Part shown: positions 18,622 through 28,252 of the stretch, in pieces
Position numbering within the stretch: the stretch's first letter is position 1
How the letters are laid out: each line of letters begins with the position of its first letter
From: a virus
Virus record (IMG/VR): IMGVR_UViG_3300003690_003063
Span: 32,001-96,000 of that record
DNA: 64,000 bases
Direction: 5' to 3' (one strand)
Program-made: the position numbers and the translations under genes
Notes under the pieces: model-generated
What the model was told of the DNA's origin: nothing
Database searches by the model: none
The model's input: the letters and a program-made list of their open reading frames with translations, nothing else

Positions 18622-20199
18622 ATGGGGAACGCCCTTACTAAACAAGAGATTTTAAAAGAGATCGTCAAAGCGGGCAAAGATCCGATCTATTTTACGACGA
18701 ATTATTGTCGTATCTCCCATCCGCAAAAAGGCCTTATACCATTTAAGGCATATCATTATCAACAAGATCTGCTCAAAGATTTTAATGATTACCGATTCAA
18801 TATAATTCTGAAGGCGCGCCAACTCGGTATTTCAACAATCACGGCAGCCTATGTTGCGTGGCTTATGCTGTTCCACCGCGATAAAAATATTCTTGTAGTG
18901 GCAACGAAGCTTCAGACCGCAACTAATCTCGTTAGAAAAGTTAAAGCAATTATTAAGCACCTACCTCCGTGGATGCGTATAGCAGAGATTATAGTTGATA
19001 ATAGAACTTCCTTTGAATTAAACAATGGGTCACAGATTAAAGGATCTTCTACTGCGGGTGACGCAGGCCGCTCTGAGGCCCTTTCATTGTTAGTCGTTGA
19101 TGAGGCTGCCCATGTTGAAAAACTTTCTGATTTATGGACGGCACTTTATCCTACACTTTCCACTGGTGGTCGATGCATCGCGCTTTCAACGCCTAATGGT
19201 GTCGGCAACTGGTTTCATCAACATTGTGTTGAGGCCGAAAACGGAACCAACGATTTTCATATGACGACACTTTTGTGGGACCAACACCCTGATCGAGATA
19301 AGAAATGGTTTGATAAAGAAACCAAAAATATGTCAAAGCGCCAAATAGCGCAGGAGCTAGAGTGCAATTTCAACGTATCCGGGGAGACAGTTATACACCC
19401 AGACGATATTCAGTGGTATCTGGAGAGAACGATCGCTCCAGAGTATCGGACAGGGTTTGATAGAAACTATTGGATTTGGAAGCAACACGAGGCCGGCAAA
19501 CCCTATCTTATAGTTGCTGACGTTGCCCGCGGCGATGGAAAAGATAATAGTGCTTTCCACATCTTGGAGTTAGCCACAATGGAAGTGGTGGCTGAATATG
19601 TGGGTAAACCCACCCCAGACGATTTCGCTGATATTTTATATAATGTGGCAAAAGAGTACGGTGATCCCATGTTGGTGATAGAAAACAACAACATAGGCTA
19701 TGCAGTACTTAAAAAACTATCAGATAAAGGGTATCCTAACTTATATCACTCAACAAAAGGAGATCATAGCTATGTAGATCCTGTGTCGGCGCAATGGCAA
19801 TCGAATGTTATTCCAGGGTTTACTACTTCTTCTAAAACGCGGCCTCTTATCGTGGCGAAGATGGAAGAGTTTATGAGAAACAAACTAATTAAGATTAACT
19901 CGAATAGGTTACTTTCTGAAATGAAAACGTTTATTTGGCACCACGGTCGACCACAGGCTATGAGAAGCTATAATGATGATTTGGTTATGTCGTTTGCTAT
20001 TGGATGTTGGGTAAGAGATACGGTGATTGTTGAGAGCCAGAAAAATATGGAATATAATAAGCAATTTTTATCCTCCATTTCAACCACCAAGACAGCTATC
20101 TCGACTACTATCCCGGGAATGCGCGATCATAGAACATCAACCGATATCAAACAAGCATCTGAGTTTGTGGAACAGTATATGGCGCTAATAAAAGGTTAA
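18622..20199 (+). CDS. terL: Terminase large subunit (T4 gp17-like)
   Basis: LKARQLGIST Walker A, LLVVDEAA Walker B, STPNG coupling motif, QELEC, IVADVARGDGKD nuclease motif, DDLVM. Confidence 0.95.
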   Translation: MGNALTKQEILKEIVKAGKDPIYFTTNYCRISHPQKGLIPFKAYHYQQDLLKDFNDYRFNIILKARQLGISTITAAYVAWLMLFHRDKNILVVATKLQTATNLVRKVKAIIKHLPPWMRIAEIIVDNRTSFELNNGSQIKGSSTAGDAGRSEALSLLVVDEAAHVEKLSDLWTALYPTLSTGGRCIALSTPNGVGNWFHQHCVEAENGTNDFHMTTLLWDQHPDRDKKWFDKETKNMSKRQIAQELECNFNVSGETVIHPDDIQWYLERTIAPEYRTGFDRNYWIWKQHEAGKPYLIVADVARGDGKDNSAFHILELATMEVVAEYVGKPTPDDFADILYNVAKEYGDPMLVIENNNIGYAVLKKLSDKGYPNLYHSTKGDHSYVDPVSAQWQSNVIPGFTTSSKTRPLIVAKMEEFMRNKLIKINSNRLLSEMKTFIWHHGRPQAMRSYNDDLVMSFAIGCWVRDTVIVESQKNMEYNKQFLSSISTTKTAISTTIPGMRDHRTSTDIKQASEFVEQYMALIKG

Positions 20200-20202
20200 A
20201 TT

Positions 20203-22176
20203 ATGGCAAAAAGAGAAAACAACCCTAGAAACCCAGCGGCTCCTCTGTTTAAGAGGCTTACTAGGCTTTTATCAGGGCCTATTGTAAATTACCGCGCACA
20301 GATCGCGCGTCAGGAACGCCGCGGCGACCTGGATAAATATAGATATCGTTTCCGTTCGATGAGCGGCCAAGAATTTAAGAGGTCCGACAATAACTTTTCT
20401 CAAAACTATAACTTGTTTACATCTGCGGCATTCCGTAATCAAAATCGGTCGGAGCGCTATATTGATTTTGAACAAATGGAATACATGCCCGAGATTGCAT
20501 CGGCTATGGATATCTATGCTGACGAGATGACTACGTCCAACGAGTATAATCAGTTATTAAATGTTGCCTGTATGAATCTGGAAATTAAAACTATCTTAGA
20601 GTCTCTTTTTTATGATGCCCTGAACATTGAATTTAACGCCTTTGGGTGGGCGCGCTCAATGTGTAAGTATGGCGATTTTTTTATGTATTTAGATATAGAT
20701 GAAAAGCTCGGGGTTACAAACGTAATTGGAATGCCGAATAATGAGGTCGAGCGTCTTGAGGGGCAAGACCCTACCAATCCGAACTATGTCCAGTATCAGT
20801 GGAATGGCGCCGGCATAACGTTCGAGAACTGGCAAGTTGCACATTTTCGTATTTTAGGTAACGATAGACATGCTCCGTATGGCACTTCTGTTTTGGATCC
20901 TGCTCGACGTATTTGGCGTCAGCTTACATTATTAGAAGACGCTATGATTGCCTATCGTGTTGTCCGCGCCCCCGAGCGCCGCGTGTTTAAAATTGATGTG
21001 GGGAATATCCCCCCCCAAGATATCCCGCAGTACATGGAAAAGGTTAAAACCGAGATGAAACGAAATTCATTGATAGATGCCAATACGGGCCGCGTTGATT
21101 TACGTTATAACCCCCTATCGCTAGAAGAGGATTATTTTATTCCTATGCGGGGTGGAGTGGGGTCTGATATTATTTCGCTCCCGGGCGCTAAATCTCTCGA
21201 TGATATCGACGATGTGAAGTATTTAAGAGATAAGATGTTTTCAGCTCTTAAAATTCCTCAATCTTATCTTACAAACTTGGAAGGGGCTGACGAAGATAAG
21301 ACTACGTTAGCACAGAAGGACATCCGGTTTTCTAGAACTATCCAGCGACTTCAACGTTCTTTGGTTTCAGAGCTTGAAAAAATATCTATAGTTCATCTTT
21401 ACACTCTTGGTTTCCGCGGCGACGACTTAATTAGTTTTGATTTGACCCTGAATAATCCCTCCCGACTTGCTGAGCTCCAGCAATTAGAATATCTGCGTAC
21501 TAAATTTGATGTGGCCAATGCGGTACCAGAAGGAACCTTCAGCAAACGCTGGGTGGGCCACAACATTCTGGGACTCTCTGACGAAGAGGTGCTACGAAAT
21601 CAGCGGGAATCCTTCTACGATCGTAAATATTCGCAGGCATTAGAGGCCGTGGTGGACGAGGGCGCCGAAGAGGCCGCCATGGGCGGCGAAGAAGGCCTTG
21701 GCGATCTCGGCGGAGACCTCGGTGGCGATCTCGGCGGAGACCTCGGCGGCGATCTCGGCGGAGAAGCTGCCCCCGCCGGTGAAGAATCTCCTCTATTAAC
21801 GGCTCCCGGTCGCGTCGAAGATATAAGAGAAGAGGATGGAGATGTCCGAAATTATGAAAAAAGTTCATATGAAACTGTACGACGCCGCGGCGGCGACCAG
21901 AGACGCAAAGGCCGCTCGGGCCCCACAAGCAGACACATTAAAAATACTGCATTGCCGGAGGCCCCTAGTCTTGGCACTCGCCGTTCCCGGCTCCCAGGCG
22001 TCGTTAAAACTTCTGATTTAGGATTGGGCACAATAGATTTTAAATCAATGGTGGGCTTGGAAGAACAAAAGGCATCTATTTATAATAGTGAAACGAGACT
22101 TCTAGAGAATACTACACGGGTTCGGAGGCTTGTGGAACAGCTAGAAAAAAAAGAGGCGGAAAAGGATGAAACATAA
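20203..22176 (+). CDS. Portal protein (T4 gp20-like)
   Basis: LLEDAMIAYRVVRAPERRVFKIDVGN, EDYFIP.RGG, LPGA..L.DIDDVKY, ALKIP.S. Confidence 0.95.
   Translation: MAKRENNPRNPAAPLFKRLTRLLSGPIVNYRAQIARQERRGDLDKYRYRFRSMSGQEFKRSDNNFSQNYNLFTSAAFRNQNRSERYIDFEQMEYMPEIASAMDIYADEMTTSNEYNQLLNVACMNLEIKTILESLFYDALNIEFNAFGWARSMCKYGDFFMYLDIDEKLGVTNVIGMPNNEVERLEGQDPTNPNYVQYQWNGAGITFENWQVAHFRILGNDRHAPYGTSVLDPARRIWRQLTLLEDAMIAYRVVRAPERRVFKIDVGNIPPQDIPQYMEKVKTEMKRNSLIDANTGRVDLRYNPLSLEEDYFIPMRGGVGSDIISLPGAKSLDDIDDVKYLRDKMFSALKIPQSYLTNLEGADEDKTTLAQKDIRFSRTIQRLQRSLVSELEKISIVHLYTLGFRGDDLISFDLTLNNPSRLAELQQLEYLRTKFDVANAVPEGTFSKRWVGHNILGLSDEEVLRNQRESFYDRKYSQALEAVVDEGAEEAAMGGEEGLGDLGGDLGGDLGGDLGGDLGGEAAPAGEESPLLTAPGRVEDIREEDGDVRNYEKSSYETVRRRGGDQRRKGRSGPTSRHIKNTALPEAPSLGTRRSRLPGVVKTSDLGLGTIDFKSMVGLEEQKASIYNSETRLLENTTRVRRLVEQLEKKEAEKDET
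21700..21762 (+). repeat. 12-nt tandem repeat encoding (GDLG)n in the portal C-terminal tail
   Basis: ggcgatctcggc/ggagacctcggy units, about 5 copies, giving GDLGGDLGGDLG... Confidence 0.85.
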
Positions 22177-22972
22177 TAAGAAGCGGAACACAGCATTTAT
22201 TTATGAAACTTTGGCCAAAGAACTTACGAAGAATATCGTAGATAAAGACGACGGAAGAAAAAATAAAGTTGTTAGAATTCTTAAAGAGTTTTTTGTTCAG
22301 GGAACGATTCTCGCACGAGAGCTTGAACTTTATCAGATTCTTCTTCAAACACAAAATGTTCAAAAAGAGATAGCCGAACGTCTTTTAGGCGAAACTAAAA
22401 AAGCTCGCGTCATCTTAGATCAAAATAAAATTTTTGATGCCCAGTCGCGACTCATAGCCGCCGTTAATAAGGGAATTGGACAACAAGTATGGGCCAACTT
22501 CGTTCCCAATTTTAAGTCTTTGGCCTCAGTTAGTGCTATTTTTAATATTAAGACCGCCGTTAAACAGAGAGTTTTATTTGAACAATCAATCATCGATAAA
22601 ATGAGCGCTAAGAAATCATCTCAATTCCCCGATAATCTGAGATCAATTGACAATTTAGTCTATGGATCATTTATTAAGAAATTTAATAACAAGTATGGAG
22701 ATCTTATTCAGGAGCAAAAAGATTTATTAAATCATTATATTATTAGTTTTGCTGATGATGGTTTTGAGTTGCGACTATATCTTAATGAGGAGATCGGCAG
22801 ACTTAAGACGTTGCTCTCTGAATTGGGCGCCGATACGCAAGCGTCCCTTATTGTTGAAAAAACACAGGCTGTACAGGGCTACCTTGAAAATATTCGCAAA
22901 CGGGAGTTTGCTGAAGCCGATATTGACAAAATTTTAAAGACACAACAATTAGTTCGGGAGCTCCAAGAATAA
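22166..22972 (+). CDS. Helical head-morphogenesis-region protein
   Basis: 268-aa ORF overlapping the portal 3' end (MKHNKKRNT...). Confidence 0.65.
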   Translation: MKHNKKRNTAFIYETLAKELTKNIVDKDDGRKNKVVRILKEFFVQGTILARELELYQILLQTQNVQKEIAERLLGETKKARVILDQNKIFDAQSRLIAAVNKGIGQQVWANFVPNFKSLASVSAIFNIKTAVKQRVLFEQSIIDKMSAKKSSQFPDNLRSIDNLVYGSFIKKFNNKYGDLIQEQKDLLNHYIISFADDGFELRLYLNEEIGRLKTLLSELGADTQASLIVEKTQAVQGYLENIRKREFAEADIDKILKTQQLVRELQE

Positions 22973-23478
22973 TGATTAAGATTAAGATTGGAGGCCCGCA
23001 GGCTACTGTCGAACTCAATGCTCGAAAAGCATTAGATGGTTCTCTCCTTATCATGGATCATCAAAAGATTGACATTGCGGTGGTGCCAGATAAACTTAAA
23101 GTCGTGACATTTCCAAAAACGACATCCACCGAGGACGTCTACGATTATCAAAATAGATTGTTAGAATTGTTAGCAGATAAAGGCATCATCGACCGCAGCA
23201 GTATTCAGGGGGGGAATGTCTTTCGTTCTCTAGAGGGGACAGTACATGAGAGCGAACAAATTAACCCCCTACAGGCTGCGGTATATATAATAGCTGAGTT
23301 CATCAACAGCGAGGCAGAGCATGAACAAGTCGCCGATAGATATGAGAAAGAGCTTGAAGATATGTATACCCACCCAGACGATAGAGATTCCACTGAATAT
23401 GGTGAAGTTCCCCAATATGCCGAAAAGGGTTCCATGCGTCCTGGCTACTACTATTATCCATTAAGAAATCGATATTAA
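22972..23478 (+). CDS. Hypothetical protein
   Basis: TAATG coupling; 168 aa. Confidence 0.6.
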   Translation: MIKIKIGGPQATVELNARKALDGSLLIMDHQKIDIAVVPDKLKVVTFPKTTSTEDVYDYQNRLLELLADKGIIDRSSIQGGNVFRSLEGTVHESEQINPLQAAVYIIAEFINSEAEHEQVADRYEKELEDMYTHPDDRDSTEYGEVPQYAEKGSMRPGYYYYPLRNRY

Positions 23479-23479
23479 A

Positions 23480-23797
23480 GTGGAGCTGTTACATTTTGTG
23501 CTTGCCGCGTACGGCATGACTTTTATCATTATTCACGGACATATCTTTAATAAGATACGTCCCGCTTGTCAAGCATGGGGAGGTTTTGGAAGATTATTTC
23601 ATTGTCATCTGTGTATGGGATTTTGGGTTGGCGTCTTTCTTTGGGGCGTAAGTCCTTACACAGAACTATTTAATTTTGACTATACGTTCGTAAATGCTTT
23701 CATTTGCGGCTGTATTAGCGCTGGTACCTCATACTTCTTAAGTATGTTGGTAGAGGATTACGGGATCAGAGTGATCTATAAAGGAGGTGAATCATGA
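23480..23797 (+). CDS. Small membrane protein, DUF1360-like
   Basis: Hydrophobic segments and LFHCHLCMGFWVG (CxxC-x-x-x-W motif). Confidence 0.6.
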   Translation: MELLHFVLAAYGMTFIIIHGHIFNKIRPACQAWGGFGRLFHCHLCMGFWVGVFLWGVSPYTELFNFDYTFVNAFICGCISAGTSYFLSMLVEDYGIRVIYKGGES

Positions 23798-23850
23798 AAA
23801 AGTGGATGATCCAGCCGGTTCGTCGATGCTGCTCTGGTAGCATACTTTAG
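23794..23850 (+). CDS. 18-aa minigene MKKWMIQPVRRCCSGSIL
   Basis: Perfect SD AAGGAGGT and ATGA overlap with the previous stop. Below the ORF-track cutoff. Confidence 0.45.
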   Translation: MKKWMIQPVRRCCSGSIL

Positions 23851-23888
23851 GTGGGACCGTAAAGACCCACGTTAAATAAATAGGAATT

Positions 23889-24430
23889 AATTATGGCACG
23901 TAGAAAAAATGTAAAGAGAATAGACCCAAGATACTTCTTGCACGAGACAGTGAATCGTAATGACGATGGCTCAGCTATTGAAGAAGAACAAGCCATATTT
24001 GCCCCCAACCATTATTGCGTTCATCACGGCGGCGTCCAGCATGAAGGCCAGATTAAGATGGCTGAAGCTATCAATCATAATTTTAACAGGAAGCTTAATA
24101 GAGTTACTCATTACGATATGAGACTTCAAGACGGTACTATTTTAGAAGGCATTGCGGCCGAAGATATTCAAGTTGTTCGTGCTTCTTTAGCTGAGGAACA
24201 CAGCCACGAAGAGGGTTGCCCCTCCGAAGAAGGAGGTGCCACCGACATTAGCCAGTTAACCCCCGAAGAAGCGTTTGATGCGGGCATGGCCGCGGCCAGA
24301 GATGCCATTGACCAAGCCATGGGCGCACCTGATGGGCCGCCTCCTGAAGGGGCTGAGGATAATTATGGCCCGTAGAAAAAATGTAAAAAGAATAGATCCA
24401 AGGTACTTCTTGCACGAGACAGTGAATCGT
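23889..24430 (+). repeat. 70-nt direct repeat (23889-23958 and 24361-24430) encoding an identical 22-aa leader
   Basis: Four mismatches, all synonymous third positions (gca/gcc, aag/aaa, gac/gat, aga/agg). Confidence 0.9.
23893..24375 (+). CDS. Putative internal head protein, leader MARRKNVKRIDPRYFLHE, with a His-rich small domain
   Basis: The leader is duplicated in the next gene; acidic tail. Confidence 0.65.
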   Translation: MARRKNVKRIDPRYFLHETVNRNDDGSAIEEEQAIFAPNHYCVHHGGVQHEGQIKMAEAINHNFNRKLNRVTHYDMRLQDGTILEGIAAEDIQVVRASLAEEHSHEEGCPSEEGGATDISQLTPEEAFDAGMAAARDAIDQAMGAPDGPPPEGAEDNYGP

Positions 24431-24886
24431 GGTGAGGAGCTTGATGAAGGCGCCCTTAACGTGGTGTTGGATATAGCCGGTCTTATCCCCGGTGTCGGGG
24501 AATATGCTGACGTTGCCAATGCTGCTCTATATGCGAAGGATGGCAAGTGGCTGTTCGCTGCCCTCTCCTTGATCTCGGTGATTCCGGTTCTGGGCGATGC
24601 CGTAGGCAAAGGCGGCAAGATAAGCATGTGGGTTGCTAAGAATTTCCCAAAGGGTGCCAAAGCGATCGCCAAGCATGGGCCAGAAGTTCTCAAGGTAATA
24701 GAATTACTTCAGAAGCATGCGTCCACTGTGGCTAATTTGTTTGATGCAGTAGCCCAGGACGAACGCGTGAAGGGCTTTTTGGGCGGCGATGAGGGGGTAG
24801 CGGAAATGCAACGAGCCCTAGATGAATTTGCCGCCGGCGGTGCTAGTGAGTGGCCCCCCACCGCGGCCCAAGCAGCAGAGGAATAA
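24365..24886 (+). CDS. Leader-tagged protein with a pre-toxin TG (PT-TG)-like domain
   Basis: Start moved from 24275 to the ATG at 24365. LDIAGLIPGVGEYADVANAALYAKDGKWLFAALSLISVIPVLGD matches the PT-TG pattern. Confidence 0.7.
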   Translation: MARRKNVKRIDPRYFLHETVNRGEELDEGALNVVLDIAGLIPGVGEYADVANAALYAKDGKWLFAALSLISVIPVLGDAVGKGGKISMWVAKNFPKGAKAIAKHGPEVLKVIELLQKHASTVANLFDAVAQDERVKGFLGGDEGVAEMQRALDEFAAGGASEWPPTAAQAAEE

Positions 24887-24891
24887 GAACA

Positions 24892-25491
24892 ATGCCACAG
24901 CTTCTCCGAGAATTTTATGAACTATGCGAAGGTGGCGTCTGTCAGGATCTTTTGACTGAAGCCGAAAAGACTTTTGTGCGCAATGGTGGCATGATATTAA
25001 GCGGGAAGCTTCAAGAAGCAGAAGTACAGAATGGTAATGGTCGCGTGTATCCGATGTCGATTTTAGAAAGAGAAGTACAACGTTATGCAAAACTCGTGGA
25101 GGATCACCGTGCCCTTGGGGAGCTCGACCATCCCGAGTCTTCGATTGTTAATTTAGCCAACGTTTCTCATATGATTACCGAAGTATGGATGGATGGTCCG
25201 TCGGTGATGGGTAAATGTAAAGTTCTCGACACACCTTCGGGACAAATTCTGCGCGCCTTGGTAGAATCGGGGGTTAAGATTGGGATTTCATCACGTGGTC
25301 TTGGATCTGTCATCGAGCAAAAGGGCAAAACAATAGTGGAAGACGACTTCCAGTTAATTAGTTTTGATATTGTGTCAGAACCATCTACTCCAGACGCCTT
25401 TATGACACTGTCAGAAAGCAAATTCATGAATGAACAGGTACAAAAAAATAACAAGATTATTAATTTGGCCAACAGTATTTTAGGAAATTAA
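24892..25491 (+). CDS. Prohead core protease (T4 gp21-like)
   Basis: N.NGRVYP, ALGELDHP, VSH, GISSRGLGS (catalytic Ser), FDIVSEPSTPDA. Start moved to the ATG at 24892. Confidence 0.95.
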   Translation: MPQLLREFYELCEGGVCQDLLTEAEKTFVRNGGMILSGKLQEAEVQNGNGRVYPMSILEREVQRYAKLVEDHRALGELDHPESSIVNLANVSHMITEVWMDGPSVMGKCKVLDTPSGQILRALVESGVKIGISSRGLGSVIEQKGKTIVEDDFQLISFDIVSEPSTPDAFMTLSESKFMNEQVQKNNKIINLANSILGN

Positions 25492-25495
25492 AAGT

Positions 25496-27580
25496 GTGCA
25501 AATATCTAAGCACGAGTTACACTCTATTATAAAAGAGGAACTTTCCGAGCATTTTAAGTTAACGGATCCATATCATACCCATTGGGGTGGGGGCGAAGAA
25601 GAGGAAGAGGAACCAGAAACTACCCTTGATGCTCCCGAAGGCCTCCCCGGCCCGCGCAAGAGTCGAGCTTCTCGAGGCGATCAAGATTATCCGGCGTCTG
25701 AAATGGCGACCATTACGGCGACTCTTTTTGAGGTAGCAGATGAGCTTGGAGTGCCTACGACGCCAGATGAACGTGAGGCCATTGTTGCTGAACTAGAAGA
25801 ACTCCTGCGGGGTCAAGGATACGAACTGCATGAACAAAACCTAATTTTATCAGAACCATTGTTTCTAGAAATTGATGAGTCGTCCCCCCGCCTTTTTAGG
25901 CTTTTAGATGATATTGAGAATGAAGATCCCGCCGCTCTTGATAGAATCATAGATGCTTTTGCCCGCGGCGGCATTGATATAGGGACAGGAACTCCCCCCG
26001 GCACTGATGATTTGGGCCGCGGCGATATTGTTCTTGTTCCGGAACCCGAGGAAGGTGAGCGTCACCCCGCGCCCATTTTACCAGGACGGTATGAGGTACG
26101 ACATTTAGGACGCCGAAGGGGCGTTCCCTCTGCCTTTTTGGGCGCCATTGACGAGGACAACGAGATCGATCATGATCGTCATGATTTATATGTTCCCCTT
26201 AGAGACATCATACCATATGGTGCCGTATATGCCTACTCGCCTTATGATTCCAAGGACCTCGATCGAGACTTGGATGATCCTGATTTAACGGATACAGAGA
26301 TCGATGTGCCCCCCGTCGAGGCGCCCGAGGAGGAAGAGTTGTGGGATCCTGATGACCCTACGATTGCTGGAGGTGTTCACGATGATGATGTATTGGTGCC
26401 CCCGGACGAGGAAGAAGAGCCCGAGGAGGAGGAAGCCCCCCTTAAGGTAGGAGATGTCGTACGTGTTAAAGAAAACGATCGCGATATAAAGCCCGGGGAC
26501 TATGAGGTAGCAGAGGTACGAGATTACACGACGGGCGCTTCCGTCGTGGTACTTGCCGCGGTAGCAGGCAAAGGCGGCGAGGACCGACACCAGGAATATC
26601 TTGAAACTATTCTTGATAATCCTGATGTTTTCAAAATAAACCCCTTTTTTCCTAAAATTCAAAATCCGTGGAGGTTTAAGTGGTTTTGGGAAGAAGACGA
26701 AGTCGACGACGATTCCACGGACGCTTTAAAGAAAGCGGCCAAAGGGATTAGAGATTTATTGCCTATCTCTCCTGGGAAGATGACCATTGGCGTACTCGGC
26801 ACCCTTGGCGGTATTGCGGGCATTGTCGGACTTGTGAAATATATATCCGAAGATGAAGAGGCCGTTTCTGAGCCCGCAGCCGCAGCAAAAGGCGAACAGA
26901 TAGAAGATTTAGGCAAAAAGGAGCCTAAAAGTTGGGACTTTCTTTTAAGTTCGTTAAAATTTATTCTATCTCTGGCGCTCGACGAAGGACAGATGGATGC
27001 CATCAATAAGGTTGAAATCCTCCTTAAAGCGATCACGGGCGCAGTCTCTGTTCAAGACCTTGACGCCGAAGCCTTGGGCGGCTTATTAGATGATGTCCCG
27101 GGGATAGAGTTTCTTGATAAACTACCGGGAGGCAGAGAAAAGCTAATTGAAATACTAATTGAGCAATGGCAAGAAATGCCGCTTGAAAAGAAGGTCAATC
27201 TTATACTTGCTCTAATCCCACAAGAAGACCTCAACCAGCTGGACGCCACGTTAAGTGCCGCACCACATCTCTCAGAGATGCCAGGAATGGATTGGCCTTT
27301 AGTAGGACCCGAAATCCAGGAGCTGATTAAAGAAAAAGCAGGCCTTGATGTGGGGGAAGATCCTCATATGGTGACTCTCTTATTAGCAGCCGGTCAGGCG
27401 TTTGGTCTCGCAGATGAAGAACATACGACGGATGCTATGGATGTTACACAGCATTTTTATGATTCTCTTGAAAAGGCAAAGAGTGCCGGTAAGTTAGAAC
27501 GTGGGATGATGATCATGGATGCTCTCTTTGAGCATCAGCAACAAATGAATAGAATGAAAGTATTAGCAGGCATAAAATGA
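25496..27580 (+). CDS. Large acidic putative internal head/ejection protein
   Basis: Leader MQISKHELHSIIKEELSE, two SH3-like segments, one hydrophobic helix, C-terminal RMKVLAGIK. Confidence 0.6.
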   Translation: MQISKHELHSIIKEELSEHFKLTDPYHTHWGGGEEEEEEPETTLDAPEGLPGPRKSRASRGDQDYPASEMATITATLFEVADELGVPTTPDEREAIVAELEELLRGQGYELHEQNLILSEPLFLEIDESSPRLFRLLDDIENEDPAALDRIIDAFARGGIDIGTGTPPGTDDLGRGDIVLVPEPEEGERHPAPILPGRYEVRHLGRRRGVPSAFLGAIDEDNEIDHDRHDLYVPLRDIIPYGAVYAYSPYDSKDLDRDLDDPDLTDTEIDVPPVEAPEEEELWDPDDPTIAGGVHDDDVLVPPDEEEEPEEEEAPLKVGDVVRVKENDRDIKPGDYEVAEVRDYTTGASVVVLAAVAGKGGEDRHQEYLETILDNPDVFKINPFFPKIQNPWRFKWFWEEDEVDDDSTDALKKAAKGIRDLLPISPGKMTIGVLGTLGGIAGIVGLVKYISEDEEAVSEPAAAAKGEQIEDLGKKEPKSWDFLLSSLKFILSLALDEGQMDAINKVEILLKAITGAVSVQDLDAEALGGLLDDVPGIEFLDKLPGGREKLIEILIEQWQEMPLEKKVNLILALIPQEDLNQLDATLSAAPHLSEMPGMDWPLVGPEIQELIKEKAGLDVGEDPHMVTLLLAAGQAFGLADEEHTTDAMDVTQHFYDSLEKAKSAGKLERGMMIMDALFEHQQQMNRMKVLAGIK

Positions 27581-28023
27581 AAAAGTCAGAATTGAAAAAG
27601 ATTCTTAAACCTCTCATAACTGAATGTATAAAAGAATCGCTCCTTGAGGACGGCCTTATTGTGGGCATCGTAAGCGAGGTTGTAAAAAGTATGGGAGTCT
27701 CCGCACCAGTTACTAAAAGAGTACCGCCTCAAGCAGACCCCCTAAAAGAACGAATGAAGCGAAATGCCTTTAGTAAAGAACAGACAGTGAAACTCCGAGA
27801 GCATAAAAAGAAATTAATGACAGCTATCGGAGGGGGTGCTTATAACGGAGTGGATCTGTTTGAAGGGACAACCCCAGCCCAGGCCCAGAAGTCTGGCACC
27901 CATCAGGCAACCCCCCTATCAGGACAAGAGTCGACAGATGCTGGTGTTGATATTAGTAATTTATTTGGTGCGGTAGGCCCCGCGTGGGGCGCTCATATGA
28001 ATGATGTTAGAGAAGGAAAGTAG
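27577..28023 (+). CDS. Head-region protein with a related leader (MKKSELKKILKPLITECIKESLLE)
   Basis: 148 aa; overlaps the previous stop; leader variant. Confidence 0.6.
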   Translation: MKKSELKKILKPLITECIKESLLEDGLIVGIVSEVVKSMGVSAPVTKRVPPQADPLKERMKRNAFSKEQTVKLREHKKKLMTAIGGGAYNGVDLFEGTTPAQAQKSGTHQATPLSGQESTDAGVDISNLFGAVGPAWGAHMNDVREGK

Positions 28024-28030
28024 GTATATT

Positions 28031-28252
28031 GTGGCACTAAATGTGAAAGTTGAATTGAGAAGAGGCGAATCCTCCGAGAGACTGATACGTAGGTTTATTA
28101 AGAAGTGTAAAAAAGAAAAAATCATAGAAAAATACAGGGAGCGTACAGGCTATTATGTTAAGCCTTCGGTAAGAAGGAAATTAAAACGCCAGAAAGCAGC
28201 GCGCGCCAGGAAGCAGAACACAGTAAAAATTAACAAGAAATTGTTTAGATGA
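28031..28252 (+). CDS. rpsU: Phage-encoded 30S ribosomal protein bS21
   Basis: VELRRGESSERLIRRFIKKCKKEKIIEKYRERTGYYVKPSVRRK fits the bS21 pattern. Likely GTG start at 28031 (the track gives 28001). Confidence 0.85.
   Translation: MALNVKVELRRGESSERLIRRFIKKCKKEKIIEKYRERTGYYVKPSVRRKLKRQKAARARKQNTVKINKKLFR

Noticed and set aside
21700-21762. GDLG tandem repeat as a contingency locus
   Set aside because: It is an in-frame low-complexity linker in the portal tail; copy-number change would not switch expression.
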